Below are positions 24,996 through 36,945 of a stretch of DNA of 36,945 nt, piece after piece (position 1 is the first letter of the stretch; each line of letters opens with the position of its first letter). The position numbers and the translations under genes were made by a program. Source of the DNA: Catajapyx aquilonaris. Its lineage: Eukaryota. The stretch lies in the NCBI GenBank assembly GCA_000934665.2, contig JYFJ02003862.1, positions 1-36,945 on the forward strand. The letters run 5' to 3'. Below the pieces are notes generated by a model. It saw only the letters and a list, made by a program, of their open reading frames with translations. It did not search any database and was not told the origin of the DNA.

Positions 24996-26890
24996 CTTAA
25001 TTTCCACCCTTCACTCCCATTCCGTCAACTCTCAATCATGGTCCTTATGCTGTAAGCATTATTCTGTTGTACTACGTGTTATAAACTTAGAAATACAGTA
25101 TAGTGTATCACGGTTTTTTTTGAACAACCATCCTGTAACATATATCTGACGACTTATTACGAGGAAACGATGCGCACCCCCTTCTAAATGCGGCATAGAA
25201 TCTGCCATACTGCTACTACGTCGTATAATTATTTATACCAAGTGGAGCATTGCAGTCCATTCTCCTAGGAAACAAGTGATCAGTCACAGGTGAATTGATA
25301 GCAGGGGTAGTGTGGCAGGACTAACAAGTAAGACACTCGGGGAAGTGACTCCACTTGACGTACGTCTAGCCCTGTCCTCCTTCCCTCCCTCTTACCCTCC
25401 CTGATTCCCGCTCATCTTGACTCCCTCTCGTCTCCCCTTTGCCCCACTGCTTGGCCACCTACAGTATCTGCTAAGCTAAGCGAAGCTAAGCCGCCGGTGC
25501 AGGGTTTGGGTGGAGCCGAGCCTACAGAGAATTGGACGCCATTCCGCAGTTCCCCGATGATTATTCATTATTATTCAACAGCAGCTCTGCTTTGGGCCTC
25601 TTGTTGACACGGCCAGGTCAAAGTGGCTCTTTCCGGCAGGCCTGGGAATAAATCCTCGCCACTAATGCTTACCATTTGTCTTGGGCAGGACGGAGGGGGG
25701 GAGGGGAGGGGGCAATATCCCTTCCCTTTATTTCACTGTTGGAGAATTACAACCCTGAATTGTAGCCTCCAAACGTTTCGCAAAGATACCCACTGGTACG
25801 TCGATAAATCTCGGGGGAAAGTGGGGAGGTGGAGGGGGCAGAAAGGAGAGGAGGAAGGGGGAATCTCTGAGCATGTCCTCCTCATACCCCCATCCCTTAA
25901 CTGCTATTTCTGGGGGAACCCCCATTTTCTCTACTGCTACTCCTCGGTTCTCGCCAAGGAGAAGTTAGAAATTCTATTGCATAGAGGGTGAAGTGGGGAG
26001 TAGAAGGGATGGCGTGCTGGGGAGGAGGCGGTCACAGAGGAAAAGGAGGCGCCAGGCCTTGTTCCCTCTGCGGGATCTCCCGTGAGTCCCAGTGGAATCT
26101 GGAGAAACCTCGTCTGCTACCTATTGTCTCACAGATGGGTGCGTTTCCATCACGCCTTTAGCAGATCCTCTACTTTGTCATCCACACTCGCAAAGGCTTC
26201 ATGATGACACAAAACGGCATGGGAGACGGTGAGGCAATCATCAGGTTTTCATTTACAAAACCTAATCCAAAAGTACTCTCTTGTTATCATAAGAAAGAGA
26301 TGCCTCCCACCCTCGTCTGCCATATGCAAAGAATTGTAGCTACATAACAGTAGGCATAACAGAGAAAAAGCATTTAAAAAACCTTAATAATTCATATTAT
26401 CCCCCCTCGTAATACCTTCCTACATGCATTCCCACCCGCACCAAACTTAAACCTGGCTACCATGGCAAGCAATATACATGGTAGCAATTTTTACAATTTA
26501 CTAAACTTTCTCCAAAATGTAAATAAACGCACGATTTTTTTCACCTATTGAAGCACTAAAGATGCACTTAACTATATCGAGTCCCTGTATATGTAAAACT
26601 ACCTGCTTTTTCTTATCATTTCTTTTTCTTTCTTTACATATGTACTGGCACCACGATGTAAACATGTAAATCGGTTCCGTCTCCCCCTAATGGCTTCTGC
26701 CCAACAGGGTAAAATAAAATCATAAAATAATAAAATAAAATAATTAATATTATTGGGCTTGTTGCTTCCATAACATATTCGAACATATACGTTTTTCCTG
26801 CATGGAGCAATAGAAAATATCAACTAGAAAATAGATTATCAATGCAGAACTGCAGGGAGAGTAAACTGTAGGCTTTGCGAAGCAAATGAA

Positions 26891-27276
<386 letters not shown>

Positions 27277-27344
27277 GGAGCAAATGAAAATAATGATATA
27301 CCGGTAATAATATAAATCGACACTTCAATGCTCCACGATCAAAT

Positions 27345-27593
27345 GAGTGGCTGAGAAGCAGAGTGGTTCATGTCGAAATTCGGCAATTTTGAGTTGTCGC
27401 TTGCATGGCATTCCCAATGCCCAACTCTGTTTTGTAACTTGGCCTAAAGACGTTTGTAATATTTGCTATCAAATTATTACGTTAATGTGACTTACTTTTA
27501 CCATGGCTACAAAGGCAAACCCAGTAGAACTTTGCATGCGTTTATCTCAACTCTATCTTTTTCGACATGAACCACTCTGCTTCTCAGCCACTC
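27345..27593. mobile_element. Sola-like MITE (GAG termini, 4-bp TSD)
   Basis: AAAT|gagtggctgagaagcagagtggttcatgtcgaaa...tttcgacatgaaccactctgcttctcagccactc|AAAT, a 34-bp perfect TIR. Confidence 0.8.
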
Positions 27594-28480
27594 AAATAAT
27601 AAAATAATTTGTTCAGCAGAACACCCTGGTTGCAAGAGCTATTTTATAGCATTTATAGCCTCAAAAAATCCAAATCTTGAAATACTGAATTGGCCTTCTT
27701 TTCGCATAAAGGAGGCACACAATGTAACTCAAATATTACTTGCTAATATATTGTAGAGTACTTATACATGTGAGTGGGTCAAAGAAAACTATGTTCAATT
27801 TTTCAGGGAGAAAGCTGAAGTCTTGCGGCTGCCATTCTTTTCATCCCAATCTTCGGAATTTCCCTCTCTATTTTTCATAAAGCGAGTGTCTAATGGTAAT
27901 GTTTTTTTTCTCATTTATTGGAATATAAAATAATTATCTTATACCACAGTGAAAAAAGCAACCTTTTTGAATATTCCATAATTATTGTCGGGCAAAAAAG
28001 GCATAACCAGATTTTCAGAAAATTACCATATAGGGGCCTAGCTTATGCTAATGATAGCAGAAATGTTTTAAATGCAGGATATCAGTTTTAAGACTAATAT
28101 ATTGAGATGCACATTTCTTCCTATACTGTCACTCAATTTCCTTCTCACACTGGCAATTAATCAAGCACCATTATTCGCTCCACAATATATTGCACCTTTG
28201 AAAACGCAATAATGGTGAAACTACACTTCTTCGAGTGTTGAACGAGTGTTGAACGAGCACTACCAGACATTCCATTGTCCTATATATCCATCCTCAAAGT
28301 GCCTTAGCAAACCAACCATATAATAATATAATTATAAAACATCCGTACCCAACAGGGTGAGAGGGAATAATAAACTATTATTATTATTATTATTATTATA
28401 AAACATCTGTGGCCTCAGTCACTCGCTAGCTCTCATACTCTACCGAAGCCAGAAACTATATAGCGTCTGTTTATGATGAG

Positions 28481-29174
28481 TGGAGTCCGGATTTTTAGCC
28501 AAATGCCCATTTTGTTCTTTTGCAGTTGGGATGGTTTTGTGAAGAGATACTGGTATATCCGATTAATAAGTGCATGACGTGGAAAATGTAGGCTTTATAG
28601 TGCCTAAAATTGCCTATTTCGTGATTTTAGGAACTATTTTGCCTATTCCAGGCCTATTCTGACTTTTTGAAACTTTTCGTGCTTATTATGCCTTTTCTGG
28701 GATAGTTTTCGAACACTTTGAAGCAATTTCGGGACTTTTGTGGCCTATATTCTGGACCTGTTACTTCAGAGGCATGTTTTTAGGGGAGTATGTTTTGTGC
28801 TCCTGAAAGGACCAAAATCGTTCGAAGTGATTAGTTTCACCAATGAAAATCTTGAAAAATAATTGGTAACATACTGTGCAAGTGGAAACGGACTATAAGC
28901 GAATGAGTCCAGAGCAAGTTGTACTTGCTTTCACTTCGTCTTTTGTCCAAGTTTTGCGATTTCATGTAAGTTTATCGTTGTTATTCGGTTTGTGCTATGG
29001 TTTGTGACCTTATATTTCTCCTTTAGTCCCACAAAATTTGTCTAGCCTTTTATTTTCTGTAACATTATCCTCCATACACCCGCAAAATTAAAATTTTTGT
29101 GCCTATTTGAGTGTTTTTCGTGCCTATAACTTAGTGCATAATTCAGGGTTTTTTGTGCCTAAAAATCCGGACTA
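28481..29174. mobile_element. Non-autonomous DNA transposon with 8-bp TSD (hAT-like)
   Basis: atgatgag|tggagtccggatttttag...ctaaaaatccggacta|ttgatgag, with many subterminal GCCTA motifs. Confidence 0.7.
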
Positions 29175-30400
29175 TTGATGAGCTCGGCTGTTGAAATGGA
29201 ACACGTGCAAACAGTGGTGATCCATTCAAAAGCGCGAGTTTATGTCTCCTGATTTGGAAATACTAGGCCTCTGCTCGTCAAGGTATGCTACAATAACCGA
29301 TGTTGAATTCCATGCCAGTGCTACCACCTCACAACTGTGATCAGAAATATTCAGAAAACAAGGACGCTCCCGGTTATTTTACCAGTTTGTCATGTAATAA
29401 ATTATACTGTCAGTGGTGCAACGGGCTATTATAAAAACAATTATTAAGCGATCTAAAGTATACTCTGAAAGCTTCTATAAAGTGATTGCACTTTCTTTAT
29501 GTTGACGCCTGCATTAGTGAGAGGAAGTGTAAGGTGTTAATCAATATCCCAACCTGTAGCATAATAATAACGGTAATCATTGTCGACATGGTTGCGCACA
29601 AAGAGGAGGGTATTACATGCTATCATCCTCCCAGCTTTTTGAACGCCATTGCTTCGCTCAGGATACGAGTCACTGTTCACTTTTCTCCCCCGTGTAGGGA
29701 AATGGAGGCGCCCTCTTTCGTCCCACATTTCCCTTGCCCATAACCCAGGTAACGGCCTGCTTACAATTTAAGAAGTAGCACTTTCGATAGTCGATAACGG
29801 GACCCGGAATCGGCCTCTTATGACGTAAAGAACCATAACCGCGAGCCGTCACTTTAGCCTAAGGAGGAAGAACAAGCTCCTGGGGAATTCATTTCCTTTT
29901 TCTGTGGTATCCTGTCTTTTTCTTCCTCCTCTCATTATTTTTCTTTCCTACTTTTATTTCTACACTCTGCTGCCCATCAGTCATTCTTTCTTCTTCCTCC
30001 ACTCTCCTATTGGGACAAAATACAACGGCTTCTGTCACTGATTACTCACTCGTGAAAGCGATGTTATAATTAGCTCAGAATGATTCGTATAGGGACTATA
30101 GGGAGTACAAACTCAACGGTGTAGCTACAGGGCGAACACTGGTCAGTGCAGAGTAGATCGCTTGAAGCTTCGTCCCTGTATAAAGAATGAAGCGTAGATC
30201 TAAATAATATAACTTAATATCAATAGTAGAAATGTAATATACAGCTTGTTCAGGAATTCATCTACCAAAATGGTAGTATGGATTGCAGGGGGTGCGTATG
30301 GAAGAAGCATGGCATGGGCCGGCGACTCTACATCTAGGAGATTTCGACCTTTGGCATTGACGATGTCCATCCTGACAGGTAGTCTATTGATACCTCCCTA

Positions 30401-30877
30401 CTATGGGACTCAAATATTGTTTTGGCCACTTTATCCTGGTCTTGAAGCAACCCTTCACACGTACACACACACATGCAGACCTGTCTTCACTAAGGTGTGG
30501 GGACGTGGAAACTGAACTTTTCGTAGCGAGTGTAAACTAACCTACCCTACCCTACCTACCTACCTACCTACCTAACTACCCTACCCTAACTAACCTAGGC
30601 TGAGAGAAATCGACTTTTGTGAAACCCTGCAAAACGAAGTAGTGGGGACATGTCCCCCACTGTAACGGTGATATTCTCGTGGGTCAAGCTGTGGGGACCG
30701 AAAATGTCCCCACAATTGGGTCAACGTCCCCAGAGTTACAATAACACACCTGTTTCCGTCCCCATACCTTATTGAAGACAAGACCACCCACACACACACA
30801 CCTGCTCAACGTGGGGCCTGTGCGAAGGGTTGCTTCAAGACCAGGATAAAGTGGCCAAAACAATTTGAGCCCCATAG
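30401..30877. mobile_element. TA-flanked MITE with ~58-bp TIRs
   Basis: TA|ctatgggactcaaat..ttttggccactttatcctggtcttgaagcaaccctt / aagggttgcttcaagaccaggataaagtggccaaaa..tttgagcccatag|TA. Confidence 0.85.
30480..30783. mobile_element. TIR element embedded in a (CA)n tract, with internal (CCTA)n
   Basis: tgtcttcactaaggtgtggggacg / cgtccccataccttattgaagaca. CA repeats lie on both flanks on the same strand. Confidence 0.7.
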
Positions 30878-32146
30878 TAGGCTACATGCCTGCATCACTG
30901 GTTGCCGGAGTCAGGCGGTGGAGCAAAAGTCTGGGAGTGCGAACTCCTGGCCCCGGCCACCAGTAGTGCTGGCATGCACAGGGGTATCCATACTTGTCAG
31001 GATAGACGTCGTCGAAGTTCACATTGCATCGTCGCCGGCCTTTCGGACCCATGCCATGCCTCTTCCATACACATTCCCTACCACCTGTATTATTTTTACA
31101 GATGAATTCATAAACGCATGTTTTCCCCCGCTCTGGGCTGAGATTTTCAATATTCTGAACACTGTAGAGCGTAGTTCTGCAGGAAGGTTGAGAACACTAA
31201 TCACGACACCACAATCATGAAGGGGTTGGTTGGTACTAAGTTGGTTCTTTGAGAACATAAGTTATGGCTGTCAAAATTCTTTCGTCGCCTCACCAGAGTA
31301 ATAAGGACTAAGCAATGAGAGATCAGGAAAGAAAGAAAGTTCAAATTGGAGTCATGGTGGGAGAAGGATTACCTGTAAGTAATACTCCTTCGCAGCAGAC
31401 ATCGCAGTACTAAAGGTTGACTAAAGGTCTGAGTTGTAGCGTTCTCTCGGAGGATTAAGTCTCAGCGATGTTGGCCATCTTCACACAATACTACGGTGCA
31501 CCCCTTAACGTCTGAAACAATTAATATTACTTTGAATCAGGTTCGTTTGAAGTTTTTACGGAGATTCCTATTTGATGATATCGTTATTCTCTGATTTGTC
31601 ACTCATACAAAAGCTGGGGACTTAAAAAATTCACCTTGTATATGTACAGTATTTTAGCTCTTATAACAACAAGGAAAACAACAATACAGGGTGTCCACGA
31701 AATAAAGGGGGCATATGTTTGATGAGAAGTAAAACAATTAAGAAAATGGGGCCCTAGCTTATATTTTACAAACCTATGTAAAATGTTGTCATAATTTTTA
31801 CGTGAATTTCGGCGTTTTTGTTTTGTTTCAAGAAATACATATTAGTTTTCGTGCTATGATCGATCAAAGATTATATTAATTGAAGAGCTCCCGGGGAGGT
31901 GCGGTGGCCGAGATGGTAACATCTCGGCTTACTGACAAGGGAATGATGAATGATCCGCACCAACATGTCACCGATCGGACCCAAAATCACATGGCTGGTC
32001 AATTGTAGGCCAGGTATGAATATGTGAAAGTGACAACCGTCACTACTCAAGCATTGTCGAGTAATTAGCAATTACAAGTGGCCCCGTAACCAAGGCGACG
32101 GGGATAATTGGCGAATTGGAACGTAATAAACAAGTCTAGGTCGAGT

Positions 32147-32272
32147 GGCCCTACTGGCCCAGTTGGTAACGCTGCTGTTTACAGATAAAAGCACGGTCTT
32201 AGAAGATCAAAGGGTCGTAGGTTCGTAGGTTCGAGCCTCGTCGGAGACCAGTTTCCATGTTCATTTTTTTTT
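32147..32272 (+). promoter_or_regulatory. tRNA-like Pol III unit inside the left TIR (mirror copy ~34585-34710 on minus)
   Basis: A box tggcccagttgg (32155-32166), B box ggttcgagcc (32228-32237), ...gacca end, and T-run terminator (32264-32272). Confidence 0.55.
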
Positions 32273-32498
32273 CTTCCCCCTCCCCCTTTTCTTTCGTCCT
32301 TTTCATGTTTTTCTTCGTGTCTTTCTCTTTTACTCCCTTTCTTATGTCTACCAAGTATAATTGCTTGACTCTCGCAAACAACCGACAGAGAACTTGCTAG
32401 ATTTTTCTTTTCCTTCTCACTCTACATATCCTACATATGGTACATATCTACATATGGTACCAGGGATGCTCCATCCCTTCGTGTGCGGTTCAGAGGTA

Positions 32499-32577
32499 CA
32501 GTCGGCACGGAAAAGGTAAGGACACTTGTCAATGGTAAGCTTACCCCCAAGTGTCCGTACATTTTCCGTGCCAACTG
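32499..32577. mobile_element. 79-bp Tc1/mariner-type micro-MITE
   Basis: TA|cagtcggcacggaaaa...ttttccgtgccaactg|TA. Confidence 0.8.
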
Positions 32578-32751
32578 TACATTCGGTGCGCAAGGTGTCG
32601 TGCCGTATTGTGCTTCACACACTTTTATTTTGAATCACATCTCTACACCTGCCACGAATCTCCAAATTACAATTAGTGGAAATAGAGGTGAGTTCGGCCT
32701 GTTACATAACAATATGTGTGGAGAGCATGAGCCATACTGCAAAACAATATA

Positions 32752-33687
32752 CTTGCCCTGATCTGAAAATATTGGGACACCCCCAAAAAATGGAGTGGTG
32801 GGGTTATACACAGGATGTGATAAAAAGTTTCCATTAAGATTATCTGGACTTTAGAATGGATAATTATGAATAGTAACAATTGAGCTAGGAGGATACCAAA
32901 TTTGAAGTTCATTTGACAGTTAACAACTGAAATAAATACGATTATACCTTGGACAGTGAATTTCTGTGGGGTCTGGTAAAAATTGCTGCCACTCTGTTTA
33001 TTTCTTACTTAGCGGGATGTAAATGTTGATAATGAACCTGAGGGGCCGCACAAACCCAAAAACAGTTATGACATTAATTACAAAAAATCTAGCACAAAAT
33101 TAAAAAAAATATTTATCTCAAGTGGATTTTTTCAGAAATTGATACACTTGGCTGTACCACATTTAACGGTGTTATTTATTAATAAATTAAAATGTGATAG
33201 TATTGTTTATCTAGAACTCAGTCCAATGTGCTATGATAAAAAATTTCATTGCAATTAAAGTAAAATGGCTTTAAATATTCCTTAATTCAAAAATGCACAG
33301 AAAATGGCATATCTGCAAGCCATGATAAATATTTTTTTATTTTGTGCTAGATTTTTTGTAATTAATGTCATAACTGTTTTTGGGTTTGTGCGGCCCCTCA
33401 GGTTCATTATCAACATTTACATCCCGCTAAGTACGAAATTAACATAGTGGCAGCAATTTTTACCAGACCCCACAGAAATTCACTGTCCAAGGTATAATCG
33501 TATTTATTTCAGTTGTTAACTGTCAAATGAACTTCAAATTTGGTATCCTCCTAGCTCAATTGTTACTATTCATAATTATCCATTCTAAAGTCCAGATAAT
33601 CTTAATGGAAACTTTTTATCACATCCTGTGTATAACCCCACCACTCCATTTTTTGGGGGTGTCCCAATATTTTCAGATCAGAGCAAG
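32752..33687. mobile_element. TA-flanked MITE with ~365-bp near-identical TIRs
   Basis: TA|cttgccctgatctgaaaatattgggacacc...ggtgtcccaatattttcagatcagagcaag|TA. Mirror ORFs 32673..32912(-) and 33527..33727(+). Confidence 0.9.
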
Positions 33688-34024
33688 TACATATTGCATT
33701 AACTCAAAAACGTGGTGGACCAGATGAAAATGATGGATGTAGGTATTGTGTAACTTCCACCGCCTCCCCGTGACACTGTTGTTTTGGGCATCCCGCGAAT
33801 AAACCGCACTATAGGATAATTCGAAATTGAGGAAATGCTAATAATACACAGCAAGACTATTTACCTTGTCATTGCCTCATTTACAGCTGCTGATGCGCAT
33901 CCATTATAATTTTAGCCCTTTGCTGTTCAGAAACCCTGAGAAGAGGTTGAAGTTGACTTCTGTCCTTTTATTCGTGCTTATTATTATCATCTCACTTCAA
34001 TCAGGCAGGAACAGTGAGCTATAA

Positions 34025-34193
34025 AGGCCCATTCACACAGGCCGTCGACGGTTTTAGTTTTGGTTTTGGACCAATCAGAGCGGGCCCTCACGGTAACCAT
34101 GACGTGTTGTTTACGTGCGGGCCCGTTCTGATTGGTCCAAAACCAAAACCAAAACCAAAACTAAAACCGTCGACGGCCTGTGTGAATGGGCCT
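34025..34193. mobile_element. PIF/Harbinger palindromic MITE
   Basis: TAA|aggcccattcacacaggccgtcgacgg...ccgtcgacggcctgtgtgaatgggcct|TAA. Confidence 0.9.
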
Positions 34194-36638
34194 TAACTCG
34201 TCTGCTACGACCGGCTACCTTGCAACCTGTGAGGGAAAGACCTGTACACCGTACCATTCATTGACTGCTTGGTATGGAACTTACAAATTAATACGTCTTC
34301 CCATAACAAAGTAGGCTACTTTAGGGAGTGGGACAGGCACTTGCTTACCAGCGGCTGTAATTGGCGTAACATTTCGACCCGAGTGCCAAAAAGTGTTACC
34401 GAATGGCCTATGCAGCTATGGATATGTAGAGTGAGAAGGAAAAGAAAAGAAAAGAAAAAAAGAAGTTCTCTGTCGGTTGTTTGCGAGAGTCAAGCAATTA
34501 TACTTGGTAGACATAAGAAAGGGAGTAAAAGAGAAAGACACGAAGAAAAACATGAAAAGGACGAAAGAAAAGGGGGAGGGGGAAGAAAAAAAAATGAACA
34601 TGGAAACTGGTCTCCGACGAGGCTCGAACCTACGAACCTACGACCCTTTGATCTTCTAAGATCGTGCTTTGATCTGTAAACAGCAGCGTTACCAACTGGG
34701 CCAGTAGGGCCACTCGACCTAGACTTGTTTATTACGTTCCAATTCGCCAATTATCCCCGTCGCCTTGGTTACGGGGCCACTTGTAATTGCTAATTACTCG
34801 ACAATGCTTGAGTAGTGACGGTTGTCACTTTCACATATTCATACCTGGCCTACAATTGACCAGCCATGTGATTTTGGGTCCGATCGGTGACATGTTGGTG
34901 CGGATCATTCCCTTGTGAGTGAAAGGTCCCAGGTTCGATCCCCGCCTGGGAGTTCCCTTTCACCTGCGTCGGGAGGGTCTCTGACCTGCACCAAGGAGGT
35001 GTCTGGCAACCTAACCTCCGGGGGGACTGCACATAGCCTAACATCCGACATTTCATCTGCACAAGTGTCCCCTCCCCAACGATCCCTATCCCTACCCCAC
35101 ACAGGGCCGGATCGAGGGGGCGCGGGCGGTAAGAAGGTGGGGGCGGCAGGTCTTGTCCCTGGAAATGGACTTGTCACATGCACATTGCACTGTTCTATGG
35201 GTTCTTTACCGTTTGGCTTCGTTCCGTTATCTTCGTTCGGTTTCCCGAGATATTTAATTTTCGAGGGCAAAGTCAGATATTCGACACTAGGTGGCTACAC
35301 CTATTGATGCCTGATTGTAATCATGGGATACCAACATATTACAGTAGCCTACTGTTCGCATCACTAGTTGGCACCAACTTTTTTTTTGCTGATGTCGACA
35401 TAATTATGACAACATCATGTCTCAGGAGGATATCCCAGAAATAAATCAACGCCCTAGCATTAAACTCCTGTATTATGTACAGTATGTACAGTATGTACAG
35501 TGTGTTCCACATATCCGAGTCCTATACAGTGCCTACAAGTTATTGCAAAAATTTCATCCTGAATTTTTTTGCTCCCTGATACAGATGACCCATTATTTCC
35601 AGGTGTGTTCGAATATAGTAGCTCAGTAATATTAACTCGATATTTGTCAATCCATAAATAATTATAAAACTGCCACGTCAACAATTGCTTAATTATTGTT
35701 ATTAAGCAACAATGAGAACATGGCTATTCTTGTGAAAACCCTGACGCTGGACTAGTCACCTGTCCAGAGCACATGCAACGATGTCATTTTGGAATAATTA
35801 TGGATTGTGCACAGGGCTGTTATAATCAGGGTTCACTGTTGGAAGCAAGAAGAAACTTGACCGTGCACAAGTTACGAGGCAGAGTCTTCCAGGCCTCCAG
35901 TTAAGTTCTGATCCACTTTTTCACACTCAAATCCATTATTGAGTCCAACAATGAACCCTGATAAACTGTCCAATGCAAATGATTTTTTCCCAAAATTCCA
36001 AGGTGCACGTGTCCCGGGATTAGCGTTGTAACAAGTTACAACTCTCAGCAGTTTTGAAGAGAATATCTTAATAACAGTAATAAAAGTAATAGCTGAAATG
36101 GCAGTTTTCATATTCCTTCTGGATTGACAAGTATCCTCTTGTTAGTCATTGAGCCGGGACTACTCTTTTGGTAGGCTACACTACAATAAAATTTTTGACA
36201 TTTGCTCCTTCGTCAGAAGCGCTTAAAAATTGGGAACTATTTTAACCTAAATCCATCATTTTACTCGGCCACTGACATCGGTACCGTATTTATTATTACC
36301 TACATAGAGTGCTTGAAATATGATTTCTCACGACATATTGTGATATGAATTTGAATCTGATTGCTATGGCGCCGCGCCGGGCCAACATATCGCTCCATTT
36401 TCGGCTAATAAAGGATGAGTAAGTTTTAATCGGTTTTAATGGTCAAAATTCGGTTTTCTTGTTGCACTTTTAGGCATCACAGCGGACGAGAAGGCAGGCA
36501 ATTCGCTCAGTGCAGGGTCGAAAAAAGGATGCATTACGGTATGTCTGTAACATGTCACAGTATAGGGCAGCCCACATGCTGCCAATGGTACCATGTAGCT
36601 ACCTGTGGTACGTCTTTCGCTCAGGTCCAAGAGGCATT

Positions 36639-36642
<4 letters not shown>

Positions 36643-36692
<50 letters not shown>
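36643..36692. repeat. (TA)n(CA)n compound microsatellite
   Basis: Seen directly. It is followed by cagggt, possibly the start of another mariner-type MITE. Confidence 0.95.
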
Positions 36693-36945
36693 GGGTATAT
36701 CAAAACTCTACCGTAAGCCATATGCCAATGGCGTAATGGTCAGCAGATGATCTTATACAGTATCGGAATCATAGGCCTGGGCCGCCGCACGACCGAGATA
36801 ATTGACCTCAACCAATAGGTATAAATTATCCTGGCAGGTATGCAAACCTTCAGCCGCCAATCGCATCACAGGTGATGTCGCAGCTATTTTCTGGGGGGCT
36901 ACTGCCACACTGCTATTGGGGTAGTCACTGAGGGCTCTTAGAATG

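Larger units (their letters stand above)
30253..31109. mobile_element. Old TIR element (outer layer of a triple nest)
   Basis: 30253-30398 is an imperfect reverse complement of 30980-31109. Confidence 0.65.
31936..34915. mobile_element. Foldback-type DNA element with ~495-bp TIRs, CAAG termini and 3-bp TSD (TGA)
   Basis: 31936-32431 is nearly the exact reverse complement of 34420-34915. TGA occurs at 31933-31935 and 34916-34918. Confidence 0.9.
31893..35200 (+). mobile_element. tRNA-derived SINE, family B, split by a 2980-bp insertion
   Basis: The 5' part (31893-31935, A box) joins seamlessly to 34919 onward (B box ggttcgatccc and body) when compared with the intact copies. The 3' end is approximate. 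Confidence 0.85.

Overview
This is repeat-rich eukaryotic genomic DNA, probably from an arthropod or other invertebrate, and looks intronic or intergenic. It contains no intact protein-coding gene. The listed ORFs are mostly chance frames, microsatellite read-throughs or duplicated TIR sequence. The window is a mosaic of nested mobile elements: three tRNA-derived SINE families, a decayed non-LTR retrotransposon 3' piece, and about 18 non-autonomous DNA transposons. These are assigned by their termini and target-site duplications (TSDs) to Tc1/mariner, PIF/Harbinger, P-like, Kolobok-like, Sola-like and hAT-like groups. The most interesting items are: (1) a frameshifted minus-strand relic resembling a Dada-type transposase with Ulp1-like and PHD-like tails, split by a TTAA insertion; (2) a 3-kb foldback element inserted in the anticodon-loop region of a SINE tRNA head, with a Pol III-type unit in each ~500-bp TIR; (3) a 64-bp locally templated insertion; (4) abundant transposon-footprint-like motifs; and (5) candidate in-frame microexons of an unseen host gene. 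All family assignments come from visual motif recognition, not database searches.
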